Assembly: GCF_009834535.1 (NCBI RefSeq)
Contig: NC_045696.1
Location: 73,782,001-73,846,000, forward strand
Reading direction: 5' to 3'
DNA length: 64,000 bases
Source: Camelus ferus
Taxonomy: Eukaryota
Every line of letters starts with the position of its first letter. The stretch's first letter is position 1. The translations under genes were made by a program, and so were the position numbers. The notes below the pieces were generated by a model. It was given only the letters and a program-made list of their open reading frames with translations. It was not told the origin of the DNA and made no database searches. Below are positions 1-13,870 of this stretch, piece by piece.

Positions 1-795
1 ATATTTTATGTTTTATATTTCTGCTGTTATTTTTATTCTCTAGACTAATTTTTATATGCTTCATGAATACATGATACATCTAAAATTTTTAAAGATGATC
101 TGCAAACTTAAAAAATGATAGGCATTTTCAGTTTTTACTATAAAATTCCTGTATTTTGGACTTACCTGCTTTTGCTTGTTTTGACTATACCACTTCTAAT
201 AAGGTATTTTGAAAGGTAACTGCAGAGGATACATAATTTTTAGTACTTTAAAAATATTTTGGATAAGTAAAACTACTTTGAAACATGTATGAAATTTAAT
301 AAGGTTTTCTCCAACTTCCAATATAAAGGAAGTCTCAAAGCCAAAAAGATGGAAATTCATACGTTTCAAAAATTTTATTATCCAATACTCTCTTAATAGT
401 CTAGGTTTTATAAAAAATATTTTTAAACAGTCCATATCATTTCATAATGGTATGAAACATGCATCAAAGAAAATAATTCTAAAACTCTATAAAGCACAAC
501 AGTACCACAGTTCTGGTCAATTATGATAAGAGGAATTGGCTGGAACTCATATAATCTGCATGTGAATTTGATTAAAATTGTTTTGCTTTAAATCTATACT
601 TGGTGATGTTAAGAAGAAGATACTTCTATACAAAGAATGTTAAAGATGCAGTTGGGCAAAAATGGGCAAGAAGAGAGTAGATAGAAAATTTTTTTGGTTT
701 TCTTGGGTTTGATGAATCTTTTGACCTGGTTTAACTATTTTGTTTGTTATTCTTCTGTGAGTTTTTCATTCTGTTCCCTGAAAATAAGGTAATGA

Positions 796-797
796 TT

Positions 798-848
<51 letters not shown>

Positions 849-854
849 TTATTT
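796..854. repeat. (TTTA)n microsatellite derived from the SINE tail
   Basis: About 13 TTTA units visible directly. Confidence 0.95.
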
Positions 855-983
855 GTGTGTGGGGGGGCAATTAGGTTATTTATTTATTTAACTTTTTTTT
901 TCTTTATGGCAGTAATGGGGATTGAACCCAGGACCTCATGCATGTTAAGCACACACTCTACCATTGAGCTATATCCTCCCCTC
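800..983 (-). mobile_element. tRNA-derived SINE, camelid vic-1 type, with (TAAA)n tail
   Basis: Reverse complement reads GGGGAGGATATAGCTCAATGGTAGAGTGTGTGCTTAACATGCATGAGGTCCTGGGTTCAATCCCC (A box, B box GGTTCAATCC), then an A-rich tail. Imperfect TSD aaggtaatgatttt 786-799 / aatttaatgatttt 984-997. Confidence 0.92.
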
Positions 984-1259
984 AATTTAATGATTTTTAA
1001 AAAGGAGTTGCAGTAATATTAATGACATAGTACTATTAAGTTGTCTTAAAAGCAGAGGATGTAAAGGCTGAATTGGATTTAGTCCACTGAATAAAGCTAG
1101 GTTTTTATCCATAAACAAGGTTTTTTCCCTCTACCAAGCATTATTGGATATATTGGTTAACATAATCCACGTGACCAAATACACATTTGTATGGAGTTTA
1201 AGATAGGATTTTTGAAAATTCTAATGTGCTATTACGAAAAACTGATTCTTACAAAAACT

Positions 1260-1390
1260 TTTTCATTCACTCATCAATTAAACATTTCTGGAATACATAC
1301 AACAAGCCAAGCATTTGTTAAGTGCTAAGTGTGTAAAGAGCAAAAGAAAAAACATGGTCAGTTTCTTTGAATCTCATATTCTTTTGATGG
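1260..1390 (-). mobile_element. L2 3' end fragment
   Basis: ttcattcactcatcaattaaacatttctgg...ccaagcatttgttaagtgct matches the reverse-complemented L2 terminus. Confidence 0.6.
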
Positions 1391-2209
1391 GTATATGTTG
1401 AATAAAATTTTTTTTTAATTACGTGAATTCCCCATCCCCTCCCCAGGAAGTAAAGAGTGGGGGGAAAAAGAGGAGAAAAAGGAGATAATTCTTGGACCCT
1501 CAGTTCCCTTTGAATTCTCTAATTTACTAATTACATTGCACATAAGCTTTAATATTAAGATAGTAACCATAATACTCTTGTTCATAGGTCATATTTTTTG
1601 TTTAAATGAAGAGTGGCTTGGCATTCATCATGAGAAATACCAAAGAATATATAACTTAACCAAGGAAATGGGTTGAGAACCTAACAAAATTGTTTATACA
1701 CCCAAGCAGTCTTGACATTTTATCACAATTTTGTTTTCTGAAAGTTGCTTATAGATTTATTTTATTTCTTTTTCTGATCTTGCTTTGAAAATTCTTTTTC
1801 TACCATGGCAGGAAAATAGAAACATTTTTTTCTTCTCTTCTAAGAATTATCTTCGTAGGGAAAAGGATGTCTTTGATAAGACGACATTTTTGGAAAATAA
1901 TATGTAATTAATTCACAGCAACTCAAAAAGTATGATAATTCTGAATTTCATCTTCTTGATGATCACTCATTCAAAGACATTGGTTATCTAGGCACATATA
2001 CTGTGAAGGCATTTTAATGATACTGTTTTGTTATTATTATTATTGTTGTTTCATTTCCATGCAAAAATATTCACATTAATGTGTTAGAGGAAAATTAAAT
2101 TGATTAGAACCTTAGGGGATTGCATCACTAATGAAAACTTTTTAAAGTAATCATTTTCAACACTGAAAATAAAATTTTATGAAACGAAGAAAAAGCTCCA
2201 ACTTTGACT

Positions 2210-2492
2210 TTTCATTCACCTTACAAGTATTTATTAGAGTTTTACTATGTCACATATTTTGCAAGCACACGTGGGTATCATTGTGAAAAAGATGGATAGA
2301 GACCTTGTTCCCTAAGAGCTTTCAGTTTATCAGGCAAGAAATGTGACTGAACAAGCAATTACAATAAAATGAGAAAAATTCCAGATGGGAGAATGTTCTT
2401 TTAGAGCCTAGAGCAGCGTGTCACAACATAATTGTGGGGACAGGCAATGCGCTGTTTACTGGAGGAAGTAAGGTTTAAGCTGAGATCTTATA
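2210..2492 (-). mobile_element. L2 3' end fragment
   Basis: ttcattcacc..caagtatttatt..tactatgt...ccttgttccctaagagctttcagttt...ctggaggaagtaaggtttaagctgagatct, typical of L2a/b. Confidence 0.75.
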
Positions 2493-4552
2493 GTAAGAAA
2501 TTACACTATGCATCTGTAGTAGGAATATATGGAAATTAAAATGATGATAGTTAAAGACACATTCATAAACCTTCATAAACTTGACATTTGGCAAGTGATT
2601 TTATAAAATAGTTTACAAACAAATGATCATTAGGTAGGCAACTTTATCCCCACTTTATCTTTAAAGTTTAAACTTTATCTTTAAAGAAGAGGAAACATGT
2701 CCAAATGTTGAGGTGTGATTGGAATTCTAATCCCTTGAATCAGTATGCTCAGGCATATTTCAAAAAAGGTGTTAAGCATATAAAGGTTGACATGAAACGT
2801 TTACATTTCCCTTGCATGTCAATTAAAATTAAAAGAACCAAGAATATTAAATGTTCAGTTACTCAAGAAATCTCAAAGCACACTGAGTAAGACAGTGAAA
2901 AAGTATAGATACGTTTCACCATCACTAATCAAGTAAGTTATTGTGAGATAAAAGGCAAGGGATTTTTGGCATTGTCAAGGAATCATGTATTTCAAAATAT
3001 CTTGATTTCAACATTATTTCAAGAATATTTACAAAACCCCTTGTAAACCAATTTTAAAAAATAATAGATTGGAGCTGCACAACCTCAGCCAAACTGTCTA
3101 AAATCTCTGCTGGACCTTCCACACAGGATTATTGTGAGAAAATGAAACCTAACAGTATGCTTCGTAAACTCCTAAAAGCTTTTTAAGTTTACTTTTCTCC
3201 AACTTTCTCTTGCTTCCTGAGAGCTGGGACCAGTGCCCAGTAAATAATAAAGTAATCAAGGAATATCTGTTATATGAGTTGTTTCTAATCATATAACAAT
3301 TAGACACTGTTGGGTAAGGAAGGAGGTTGCTCTGCGTCACCACTGTTCTCTCCATAATCAACTCTACTTTTATCTTGTCTACATTTTAGACTGCCACAAT
3401 GACAGAGGACACTGTTAGTTTTATAAAATCATGGAAAATGATTGCAGTAAACCATAATTACTTGATGGTAATATCTTAGTCATTTTGGCCCAGATTTACA
3501 TGTTTAAAGTCAGTGGGGACTGGGGGTATACCAGAATACAGAAATGCAAGTGTTTCTCAGGGCTGTTCCAATTTTGTGTTACGATATGGGAGCCCGATTT
3601 CTTTGAAATGCTTTTGGTAATCAGACCTCTTGAAATGATCTTCTATTTGACTTCTATAGTGTTTTTCATAAGGTCCATTCCTCTGGCAATCAGTTTTGTC
3701 CAACCTTAGAGGCTTCCTTGAATTCAGTGGTTAATTTCTGTCCTAAATTTTTATATGTTTGTCTTCTTTCTAGAACATGAACATCTAGTAGGCACTCAAA
3801 ATATAATTTTTGATTGATTCATAACTGTGAATGTTACAGTCCTATGTCTCTCCATATTCTGGGATTTGACAAAGTAAGACACATAAAAGTCTTAGGCCTA
3901 ATATAGCAGATACAGAAGAAAGATCATGAGCTTTGAATTCAGAGGGATTAAAATTCCAGTAAAGTCTTACATCTCTAAATGTTTCTTCTTTTTGAAAGTA
4001 GGAATAATGATGCCCACACCAACAGAACATTGTGAAACAAAAGCACTTAATACTTACAATTCAATTCTCTCTCATTAAAACACATATACTTTGTAGACCA
4101 TGAAGTCTCTGGGATCAGAGACTGTGTTAATCACATGTCTATCTTAAATACCTAGCAAAATGTCTGGTCTGGTATATAGTATATAGTCAATCTTTCACTT
4201 AATTCAACTGTATTAACAAATACAGTGGGTCTCATAAATAATGAGATAAACTGGAGACCTATTGTAATTGGATATTTCATTTACAAACTTATTTTCAGCT
4301 ATTACTGCCTTTATTTTTCTTTAGTTGCATATATGTCAAGATGGTCGATATTTACTGAATACTTAGTGTAGTGTATATTTTGAGGCTTTCAATAATGTTG
4401 GTTCACTTAAATTGTGGAGCTGTCATACAAAAGGTAAATAAGAATGAGTACCTTACCTCAGCAAAGTTACAATCTGACTGAAAATGTATCAATGTCCTTA
4501 TAAAAAGACTAAGAGCATTTAAAAAACAATAAAAAGTACATGTGATGTATTG

Positions 4553-4788
4553 GAGGGCTTTCAAACTTTTTATATCTTGATACAGAATAAGAAATATGTT
4601 TTACATGGTGACCAAGCATACATACATATAAACAACTAAAATAAAAGCTTCATAAACAGTCAATATAGCTGCATTTTATTTTTTTTTATTTCATTGTATT
4701 TCATTTAATTTTAAAAATTTTGGAATCTGCCAATTAAACTTAATTTATGACCCGTAATAAGTCATGGCCTACAATTTGCAAAACACTG
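4553..4788. mobile_element. hAT-Charlie family non-autonomous DNA transposon
   Basis: Ends gctttcaaactttt ... atgacccgtaataagtcatggcctacaatttgcaaaacactg resemble Charlie-type TIRs (CAGTG-TTTTCAAA). Subfamily not resolved. Confidence 0.6.
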
Positions 4789-5496
4789 AGTTTGTTAAAT
4801 TACTACTAATCATTTTTCATTTATCTGTAATAACATGCCTTCTATGCTTTCAATTTTTTGATCCACAAAAGTTATGGATAATATATAAAATGACTACACA
4901 AAGACAATCATTTTATATGGGGTAGAAATTGTTTGACAGGAATAAAGTTGATAAAACTCCAGGTTTCTACAGAGAATAATCCTGGGCCCTAAGTGGGAAC
5001 AAGGCAAAGTTAACTAGAGGCCTGTGGGAACTAGAATGGTGAAAAAAGTGTTGTCCCTAGGAGCAGAGAAAATAAAGTGGCATTAAATGAAACAAGAGCA
5101 GAGATGGAGACACAGAGAGGGAAAATGGCTAATTCAAGACATTTGAGATGTGGGATCAGTTAAGAGAAGCCAGGGCAATATGATTTGACCTAAGCTTTTG
5201 ATCACTTGGAATGACCCCAAAATACTTGGTAAATTTGTAGAATGAGGGAAATAGAATAGTCAACATAAACACTAAGCAGATTAGATATGAGACCCCATAC
5301 TACAAAGCTGGTTTCTGGGATTATGTTGTTTGCCTGCAAATTGGTCATTTAGGTGTGGTTTCTGCCCTATGTGGTCTCAAAGTCATTTTGAGTTTCTTTT
5401 CTTAATTGTAATTTATATTAATCTATCTTTACTCTTATGCAGAGTCTCATTATAGTCAGCCAATTTGTGTCACACCAAAAATATTAACTTTTGAGA

Positions 5497-5885
5497 TAAT
5501 AAAAGCTAACGTTTTTTCAGTGCTTACTATATATTAGGCATTGCTGTAATCGTTTTGTGCATGTTAATTCATCTCAATTTTGAATGACCTTTTGAGATAG
5601 ATGTATCATTACTCCCTATTTTACAAACAAGTAACGTTGGCAGAAGTAATCTGCCCAATATCATATAGCTAGCTAGTAGCAGAGTCTGACTTCAGAGCCC
5701 TTCTTTTTTTTTTAATGCTAATTTTATTTTATTTTATTGGGGGGGGGTAATCAGGTTTATTCATTTACTTATTTTTTAAATGGAGGCATTGGAGATTGAA
5801 CCAAGGGAGTTGTACATTGCAAGCATGTGCTCTACCACCGAGCTCTACCCTCTCCACCAGAGCTCTTATTCTTAAGCATTGTGCA
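5497..5885 (-). mobile_element. MIR, interrupted by a vic-1-like SINE
   Basis: gctaacgttttttcagtgcttactatatattaggca...ccctattttacaaa...gtctgacttcagagccc, resuming as cttattcttaagcattgtgc after the SINE. Confidence 0.8.
5703..5857 (-). mobile_element. tRNA-derived SINE, vic-1 type (more diverged copy)
   Basis: gattgaaccaaggg...aagcatgtgctctaccaccgagctctaccctc with a T-rich tail. TSD cagagccctt 5693-5702 / cagagctctt 5858-5867. Confidence 0.88.
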
Positions 5886-6294
5886 GTACAGGCTGCCTGA
5901 GGCTAATATGGTCTGGGGACCACAGCAACTCTCAACATTGTGTTTCTTAGTACTAGGGCCTAGCCATCTGAGCTGGAGGCCCTAGGCTGCCCATTTCTGT
6001 GGTTCAGTATTAGCATACATAACATATACACGTTGCAAAAACTTAGAAACAATGACATGCATGAAAGACATGATAAATTAATCAGGCACAGATAAAATAT
6101 TTAATGTCATTGCAATTTGTACAAGGAAATTACATGAATACTGATGGGATTCATCAGGGAAAGCTATTTCTGATATTAGCAAAAATGAAAGCTTTTGGAA
6201 GAGAAGGGCATACCCCCAGCTCGAGTAGCTGCACTGCTTCTTTTCACCACAGTTTGGACCTTGTGCTGGAGTGCTTCTGCTGGCCTCTCTAGGC

Positions 6295-6470
6295 CGTCTC
6301 TCCAGGCCGTCTCTCCACACTTCTTCAACCAGCTCTATGCCCTGGGAGGCCGACCTGCATTGACTGCATCACAGGCTCTTTTGCCTTTCAGCTGTGGGTG
6401 GATGGCACCAAGAGAGAATCCCAGCAGGAGATGGTAGGAGGGCAGAGAGCAATGGGAATGGTTTCACTGT
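6295..6470 (+). mobile_element. ERVL LTR33-like fragment
   Basis: ctccacacttcttcaaccagctctatgccctgggaggccgacctgcattgactgcatcacaggctcttttgcc...ccagcaggagat..gagggcagagag matches the recalled LTR33 5' half. Confidence 0.7.
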
Positions 6471-6850
6471 CTTACATCTATTGCATAGTACAATATCCAA
6501 AGAACACATGTCATATACGGGTATAGGTAATATATTTTTAATATATTATATGTAAATACAATATACACATATGTATTTCAGAATCCAAGATTAGCAGAAT
6601 GAAAGTTGAATGAATATATGACATAGAATTTGCCTTCATAAATGCACTAGCTCTTTATAGCATACTTTATTGCATTCAATAGCAACATAGCTATGATTAT
6701 AATGGGTAAGTACTTGGAAATTAGTGTTTTCTTCAATAGGACTAATAAAGTACAAGGTCTACATAGCATTTTGAAAACTTTGTTGCAGGATCCAAAATCA
6801 AATTCAGGGGGAAAAAAGTATCATGTAGCAAATCTTTTAAGTATAAATTT

Positions 6851-6990
6851 GTTGTTGTTGTTGTTGCTGTTGTTGTGGTGGTAGGTAATTAGGTTTATCT
6901 ATTTATTTTTCAGTGGAGGTGCTGGGGATTGAACCCAGGACCTCGTGCATTCTAGGCATGAACTCTACCACTGAGGTATCCCCACCCCCG
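6851..6990 (-). mobile_element. tRNA-derived SINE, vic-1 type, (CAA)n tail
   Basis: ctggggattgaacccaggacctcgtgcattctaggcatgaactctaccactgag. Perfect 16-bp TSD ttttaagtataaattt at 6835-6850 and 6991-7006. Confidence 0.95.
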
Positions 6991-8274
6991 TTTTAAGTAT
7001 AAATTTAAGAATATTTAAAAATTAAACCTGATTGGAACTACACCATGAATATTGTAGTGCTCATGTATATGTCTGAAAGACATTTTAAAAATATACATGT
7101 GTTTATAAATAAAAATTAGTTCTTCCTAAGTATGGTACAATATATGCCACTTTTTTGATAATGGAAAATTTTAATTAAAGAGAGATTTTGAGTCAATCAC
7201 TCAGCCCCTTGGTTTATTCAGCTGCAATGCACTAAATGCCTCTGCTCTGGAATACTTACAATATCTTGTTCAGGCAATTAGCTGAATCATTTGGGCTAAG
7301 ATTCAAAGCCCTGATTCAGATTATATTTTGTTATTCTCTCATTTCCTTCCTAGATTTCTTCCTCCTTCTGTCAGCTGACACCCAAGCCATAAAAAATTAA
7401 TGTGCTACAGGAACCATATTCTAGTACAAATATAAACACTAACCACTGTTCTTGATTTATTCAAGTTTTGTGATTCATGCTTTAGGTAATTTTTTGAAAT
7501 CATAAAACATGGCTGATATTGGAGATAAAGATAGTTCATGTATTACAGTATTATCCATCTCCAAATTCTGTTTTTATTTTTTGTTTGGTTCCTCTTTTCA
7601 CCTTCACATGGGTCTTTCGTTCTCCTAGTCATTCAAAGCAAACAAATAAATTCACTTCGGTGTAACTTATGTTGCTTGAGAAAGCAGTTCTGTGTGTTTA
7701 TTTTTCTTTTGCAGTTGTTTCAATTAAACTTAAATTAAAGGTGCCTCAGCTGTTTTTTGAACTATGAGGTAACAGAAGCTGAATGTAAGCTTCATGGCAA
7801 CAAGAATTTTTGTTTTGTTCGCTGATATATTCCAAATACAGTGCTGTAAAAGTTCGATGAATGTTTGTGGACTATCATACATTTTGGTTGCAACCAATAT
7901 AAATAATAAAAAAATTTTAATTTTAAAATTAAAGTCTTTCCTTCCACAATCTTGATTCCTAAAAGTAACTATATTAAGTAGTGTGTTCTTACAGATTTTT
8001 TTCTATGTATATCTGGTTTTTTTTTTTAGTTCTTAGTGAGGGTACTTTTTTTTGTTATTAATTAGCTATTTATAGTTCTTATTCTATTTATACACTTTGC
8101 TTTTTTTTTGCCTCTTGGGAAAAATATTAAAAATAACAAACTTCTACACTACTGCTCTATGGCATCAGCTACAATTTGTCCCTATTTTCAGTCACTGCAT
8201 CGGTATTTTAAGATCATTTGGTGGGTTAAGTCACATCCTGAAATTTCCAGAAAGCTAATTCTTATTTGTTACTA

Positions 8275-8400
8275 AAACATTATGTGAGCTTGGGAAAGTT
8301 ATTCAACTTCTCTAAGCTTTTTATTCTTTGTCTGTAAAATGGAAGCAGCCAAGAGGTTGGTGGTGAAATCTGGCAAACTTTGGTCATAGAAAATGAATAA
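8275..8400 (+). mobile_element. MIR core fragment
   Basis: tgtgagcttgggaaagttattcaacttctctaagc...tctgtaaaatgg. Confidence 0.65.
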
Positions 8401-9894
8401 TGAATGGAACTTCTACCTCTCATTATCCAATCCCATGCCACCACTGAGCAAGAATTAAATAAATTGCACAAGTTGCAAAATTTAGAGCCAATAAGTCACT
8501 TTTTTCTTGTGTGATTAATAAATCATTTTAAATTCACACTTCAAAAATTTGAATATTTGAATACTGTCATCATACAATCAAAATTTGAGAAAGCATTTAT
8601 GACTTATAAATCACAAATGGTGTGAAATCCTTGTGACAGTTACCTAAGATTATTTAGAGTGAATAAGAATTAGAATGAAAATCACTTCTGGATTTACAAA
8701 TGTATTTTAAAAATTCTTCCTAATTTTAAGCACCTTTGCAGATCTAAATGCAAACCTGATTCTAACTCATTACGTTTTAAAACAATCTTTGGTCAAATTA
8801 TGAAGAGATTGCACTGATGTTAATAGGACAATGCTGAGAGTATAATTAAGATTTTTAAAAAGACTCAACTGAGAGATATAATTCAGTTCTACAGCCTTCT
8901 AAGAAATCTATTTACAAAGTCTCTGAACGTTTTCTTTCTTTAGTATGGTTAAATTAACTTCAATCTGACAGGAAGTTTTGTGTAACAAAATCCCTTACAT
9001 GTACAAGGAATATTGTCTATTTCTGCACTTGACTAATATCTAACCTGGCCTTTGTGCTAATTGGAATAACTTAGTGTTCATTCCTTTATGGGTTCTTGTA
9101 CTGCCAAATCACAGACGCCTTTTACAACTGGCTGCCTGGGAAGGCTCAACAGTAAACAAGTTGAAGAACTACTGAAAACAATATTGGAATTAAAATTAAA
9201 ATTAAAATCCTTTGTTAGTGTTTGGGATTCCCAAGGAATTTTTCACTATGCATTTTGCCTTAAGGGCTTAATGAAGTTGGGAAAAGTAGTTATTGAATTT
9301 TAATACATGAAATCCACACCTAAAAAAGAGCAGATCATGACCCCATAGAAGTCTAAAAATAGCCTCTGATGGCTTCAGACCTTGATTCTGTTACAATATT
9401 CTTCTTAGGTTGCTAAACTAAGAATTACTGCTAATGCAGACTGTAATATGTGAGAGACATTTGGTGTCATCATTTGGTTTTTGACTCATGAACCACAGGA
9501 ATATTTGATACCTTACATAAAACTTATTCTGCTTATGTAAAACAAATTTCTGCTTCCTTTCTGCTGAATGAGAAAATCTATTTATAGACTACACGATAAC
9601 CCGAAAAGCATGGCAGGTGTTCATCTTTCGGGCAATAAAAACGTTATGCAAGTCTTCATTTATAATGAAAAACAAACAGCTCAACAAGTGTAATTCTATA
9701 ACTGCCTAAAAGAAGATCACTCTTCAAAAGCTGATCTTTTAGTCTTCTGAATGTCAAAATTAGAAACACCTCTTAGGAGTTGCCCATATGTAATAATTAT
9801 TACACAGATATACCTCAGTGGGTAATGGAAGTACTAAGATTTGAAAGGTGTATGCTAAAGTATTTAATAAATGCTTACTGATATCTACACGTGT

Positions 9895-9980
9895 GAGAAG
9901 AAGGAAGGAAGAAAGAAGTGGAGGGAGGAAAGAAAGAAGGAAGACAGAAGGGAGGGAGGGAAGAAAAGAAGGAAAGAAAG
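9895..9980. repeat. Purine-rich (GAAG/GGAG)n low-complexity tract
   Basis: Seen directly; explains the K/E/R-rich ORF 9871..10158. Confidence 0.9.
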
Positions 9981-10274
9981 TATTTGCTCTAATAGACCAT
10001 GCCTAAAGTCAGCTTGCATTCCCAATTTGGTTAGTCAGCTCATGAACTTGTCTGTTGCAGTGAGACATGAGACATTTATTAAGTATACTATTTTAGGTAA
10101 TGTCCATGCAGGCAGTGATTTGTTTGTTCAAATGATAGATTATTACAACCTGCTTTAGACAACTCTCTACTTATACTTGAAGCAAGAACTTTAATCAAGC
10201 ATATGGGAGTGATTTAAAGGATATTTCATTGTTCCAGGTATATATTCTCTTAATTTTTAAAAATGGTACAGAAA

Positions 10275-10620
10275 GATATGAATAAAGAAATGTTTACAGT
10301 TCATTGCAATGTTGTTTATAATGACTGACAATTGGAAGGAATCTAAATGTAACTGGATACGGTTGAATAAATTATATGTACTCCATTATTGAATATTATG
10401 CTGTTGTTAAAATGAGCTCTCTATACTGGCTTGGAAAAATTTTCAAAACAAATTATTAAGTAAAAATGCAAGCCACAGAACAATATATTTACGATGACAT
10501 TTATGTAAAATATTTAAAGTTATATGTAAGTATGTATGCAAATACTTATAAAAAGGGAAGAACTTGGAGATTGAATCTTTCATAATAGAACATATTCATG
10601 TGTTACTTATGAAATTAAAC
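10275..10620 (+). mobile_element. Old L1 (L1ME-like) 3' region
   Basis: gttcattgcaatgttgtttataatga..aattggaaggaatctaaatgt...ggttgaataaattat...gaatattatgctg. Confidence 0.75.
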
Positions 10621-11837
10621 AGGCATCTGTAAATAGCAGTTATACTTGGGTTCAAATTGGTTCACTGTGTATTTAGCATGCAGCTGGGTACAAAATTAGT
10701 GCTCTTTGTTCTAGTTCTTTTGGTTTCTTGTCAGTTTTTAAGGCAAATATATTACAGTTACTGCTTAAGACATATGAGCATTCCATCTAATTTTCAAAAT
10801 ACAGTGAAAATAAAATCTGTCAATTGCAGAAAAAACTCAGGGCGGTCTAAGAATAAAAATTTGGGAACCCTGCCCTTAGTTTGTTTTGGAATAAGGTTCT
10901 CAAGACTTTTAAAAATAATGTTATTATAATTTTTATTCATAATCAAAATCAATTCATTTTCTGAATATTCTCTGAGGCCCTGAAGACACTAAGCTTAGCG
11001 CTTCCAAAACAGGACAACCGAAATTTCCTAAAGAATAATCAAACACATTCCCTTCCCACAAAATTAACAATACCAGGAAGAGAAAAATTAAAGTTAACAT
11101 ATCCCAATTATCAGTAAAAGTGCCTTTGATTGCAGATAACCTAAGACTGCTCAATTAACCTAAACTATAAGGAAAATTTATACTTTCACACAGCAAGAAT
11201 TTTTTTCCAAGAAAATTGCCTGACAAGGTGATGGGTCTCCAACAGAGACTCTTGAGAAGCACGCTGCTGCTTCTAGTAGCAGCTAAGGGTGGACTGGTAG
11301 CTGTAAGTACAGAAAGACCCATGTCATGGGAGTTACAGTTGGAAGGGTCTATCAGGTTAGTCTTCAAAGGACCCACAAAACTATCTTTAAGAATGACTCA
11401 GCTTTAAATATGTGCCAAGCCAGAGAATGCAAAGACATCTTAGAATAGTACCAATCCTGGTAGCACTTTTCTGCCTCCCTTTCCTCTCTTCCCTCCTAGT
11501 ACTCCAACTTAAAGAAACCAGCAACAGCAGCTGAGAATGTGGAAGAAGGTAGACAAACCAGAAAGAAGAGGCTGACCATGTTCTCTTTTGCCAAAGCAAG
11601 TGGCCTTTCTACAGTTTTGCCCTCTCTGGGTAAAAGGGTGAGTGGAGAGAATCCTACTATTGATGAAGATGGAAGTGCTGATTCATATAATGGCCTGGTA
11701 CTGGAATTTCAGGTACCATTGACTGTATAGAATGTACAATGTGATTTAAAGTAGTGGTTCAACTTTGTATTACTTAAGCATGAAGAAGAAAGTCAAAGCC
11801 TGGGTTGTCTTCCAAGGACCCAGGAAGAAATCTCTTT

Positions 11838-12027
11838 TTTTTTTTTTTAACTTAATTTAATTTAATTTTTATTTTTTTATTTTATTGAAGTATAATTGCT
11901 GTGCAATATTATATAAGTTACAGGCATACAATATAGTGATTTATAATTTTTAAAGGTTATACTCATTTATAGTTATTGTAAAATATTGTCTATATTCCCA
12001 GTGTTGTACAATATATCCTTGTAGCTT
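11838..12027 (-). mobile_element. 5'-truncated lineage-specific L1 3'UTR with poly(A)
   Basis: Poly(T) then ttattgaagtataattg...ccagtgttgtacaatatatccttgtagctta. TSD agaaatctcttt 11826-11837 / agaaatttcttt 12028-12039. 3'UTR similar to that of the L1 at 58.2-59.3 kb. Confidence 0.9.
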
Positions 12028-12454
12028 AGAAATTTCTTTATTCAATGTATTTTCTAAGAAAGAGTTAAAATTATCTCTTTAGATTCATAGATTAGCTTCC
12101 ATTTCTTTCATACCTTTCAATGCTTACTCCCTATTGGCTACTAAGCACAAGCTCCTAAACATACTTTTCACTTCTATTTTAACAAACCTCCTCATCTCCA
12201 TATTCCACTTTAGCTATAATGACCTCTCTACTCCCGTTCAAGATCTGACAATCAGAAAAAATATTTATGTTTGATACAGTTGACATCTGTTATTAGTATC
12301 TGCCTAGCATTTGGTAGTGTGTGCATGCAAATTGCTTCTCACCCACTCCAAATGGGTGAGTGTCAGAGGTGTCTATTCCAGGATCCTGAATTCCTAACCT
12401 CAACAGTGGACACTTGATTCCAACACAAAAAATCATAGTGGTTCACCTCTATGG

Positions 12455-13475
12455 AAACAGCAATTTGTCTAAGGATAGACTATTGTTTCACCGATTGAAT
12501 GGTCTTGGTAACCCAGTCAAAAATCAACTAACTGTAAATGTAAGCTATATTCCATTAATATATATGTCTATCCATGTTCCAGTACCACACTGTTTTTACT
12601 ACTGTAGTTTTGCAGTGAATTTGAAAATCAGAAATGATGAGCCTTTCAACTTTGTTCTTTTTTCCAAGATTGTTTGTTTATTCTGGGTCACTTGCATTTG
12701 CACATTGATTTTAAGACCAGCTTGTCAATTTCTGCAAAAACTCCATTTGGGATTTTGATATGGATTGTGTTGAATCTGTAAATCAATTTGAGGAAACCAC
12801 CATCTTAATTATATTGTCTTCCAATCCATGAACGTGGAATGTATCTCCATTTACTTAGATCTTTTTTAATCTCTTTCAGTAATGTGCAATTTTCAATGTA
12901 CAAGTCTTTGACTTTTTTGGTTATATTTATTCCTTAATTTTTTATTCTTTTTGATGCTATTATAAATGGAGTTGTTTTACTAATTTTGCTTCAGATTGTT
13001 CATTGGTAGTGTAGACAATTCATTTTTGCATATTGGTCATGAATCTTACAAACTTGCAGAACTTGTTTCTTAGTTCTTGTAATTTTTTGATGAATTCCTT
13101 AGGATTGTCTACATACAAGAATGTATCATCTTCAAATAGTGAGAGTTTCACTCTTCCTTTCTAATCTAGACATCTTGTATTCCTTTTTCTTGCTTAATTG
13201 CCCTGGCTAGAAACTCCAGGATGTACAATGTTGAATAGAAGTAGAGGGCAGATATAGATATATATTGCTTATTCCTATCTTAGGGAAAAGCATCCAATCT
13301 TTCACTATTAAGCTGACATTAACTGTAGGTTTTTCTGTAGATGTCCTTTATCTGGTTGAGGAAATTCTTTTCTGTTTCTAGTTTGTTGAGTATTTTTGCC
13401 ACGAAAGGGTGTTTGATTTTGTCATATGCTTTTTCTGCATCTATTGAGGTGATCATGTGAGTTTTATCAGTTCTT
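12455..13475 (-). mobile_element. Old L1M ORF2 fragment
   Basis: Typical antisense ORF2 text: ccagtaccacactgtttt..tactgtagttttg..., ttccaatccatgaac.tggaat, ccctggctagaa, ttttctgcatctattgaggtgatcatgtg. Confidence 0.9.
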
Positions 13476-13479
13476 CAAC

Positions 13480-13870
13480 ATATATTCATTTTAAACTTTG
13501 TAGATAATGCTAAATTGTTCTTTTCAAGCTGTAGCAATTTATATTCCCAAAAGACTTTATGAAATTTTCCATTTCTTCATTGTCAGCAATGATTATTATT
13601 AAGGTCATTTACTTGTTGTCAAGCTAGTAGGTGAAAAATACTATCTCATCTTTTTACTTTACATGTCTCTGATACTAGTGAAGTTGGAGATGTTTAATAT
13701 TTTTAAATTTGTGGACATTTGCAATTTTTTTCTTTTCTTATAAATTATCATAAAATCAATATCCTTTGATCATTTTTATACAGCCTCATTTATTTTTCTT
13801 ATTAATTTGTGGAAGCCCCTTATATGTTATAGATATTTATTTCATGTAATTTATGAATATTTTAGATATT
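13480..13870 (-). mobile_element. L1ME-like fragment
   Basis: tgctaaattgtt...gtagcaatttatattccca...gtaggtgaaaaatactatctca...tttacatgtctctgatactagtgaagttgga. Confidence 0.65.

Noticed and set aside
854..983. tRNA gene (A/B boxes present here and at 5.8 and 6.9 kb)
   Set aside because: Has a SINE body, A-rich tail and TSDs, with no intact cloverleaf or acceptor stem.
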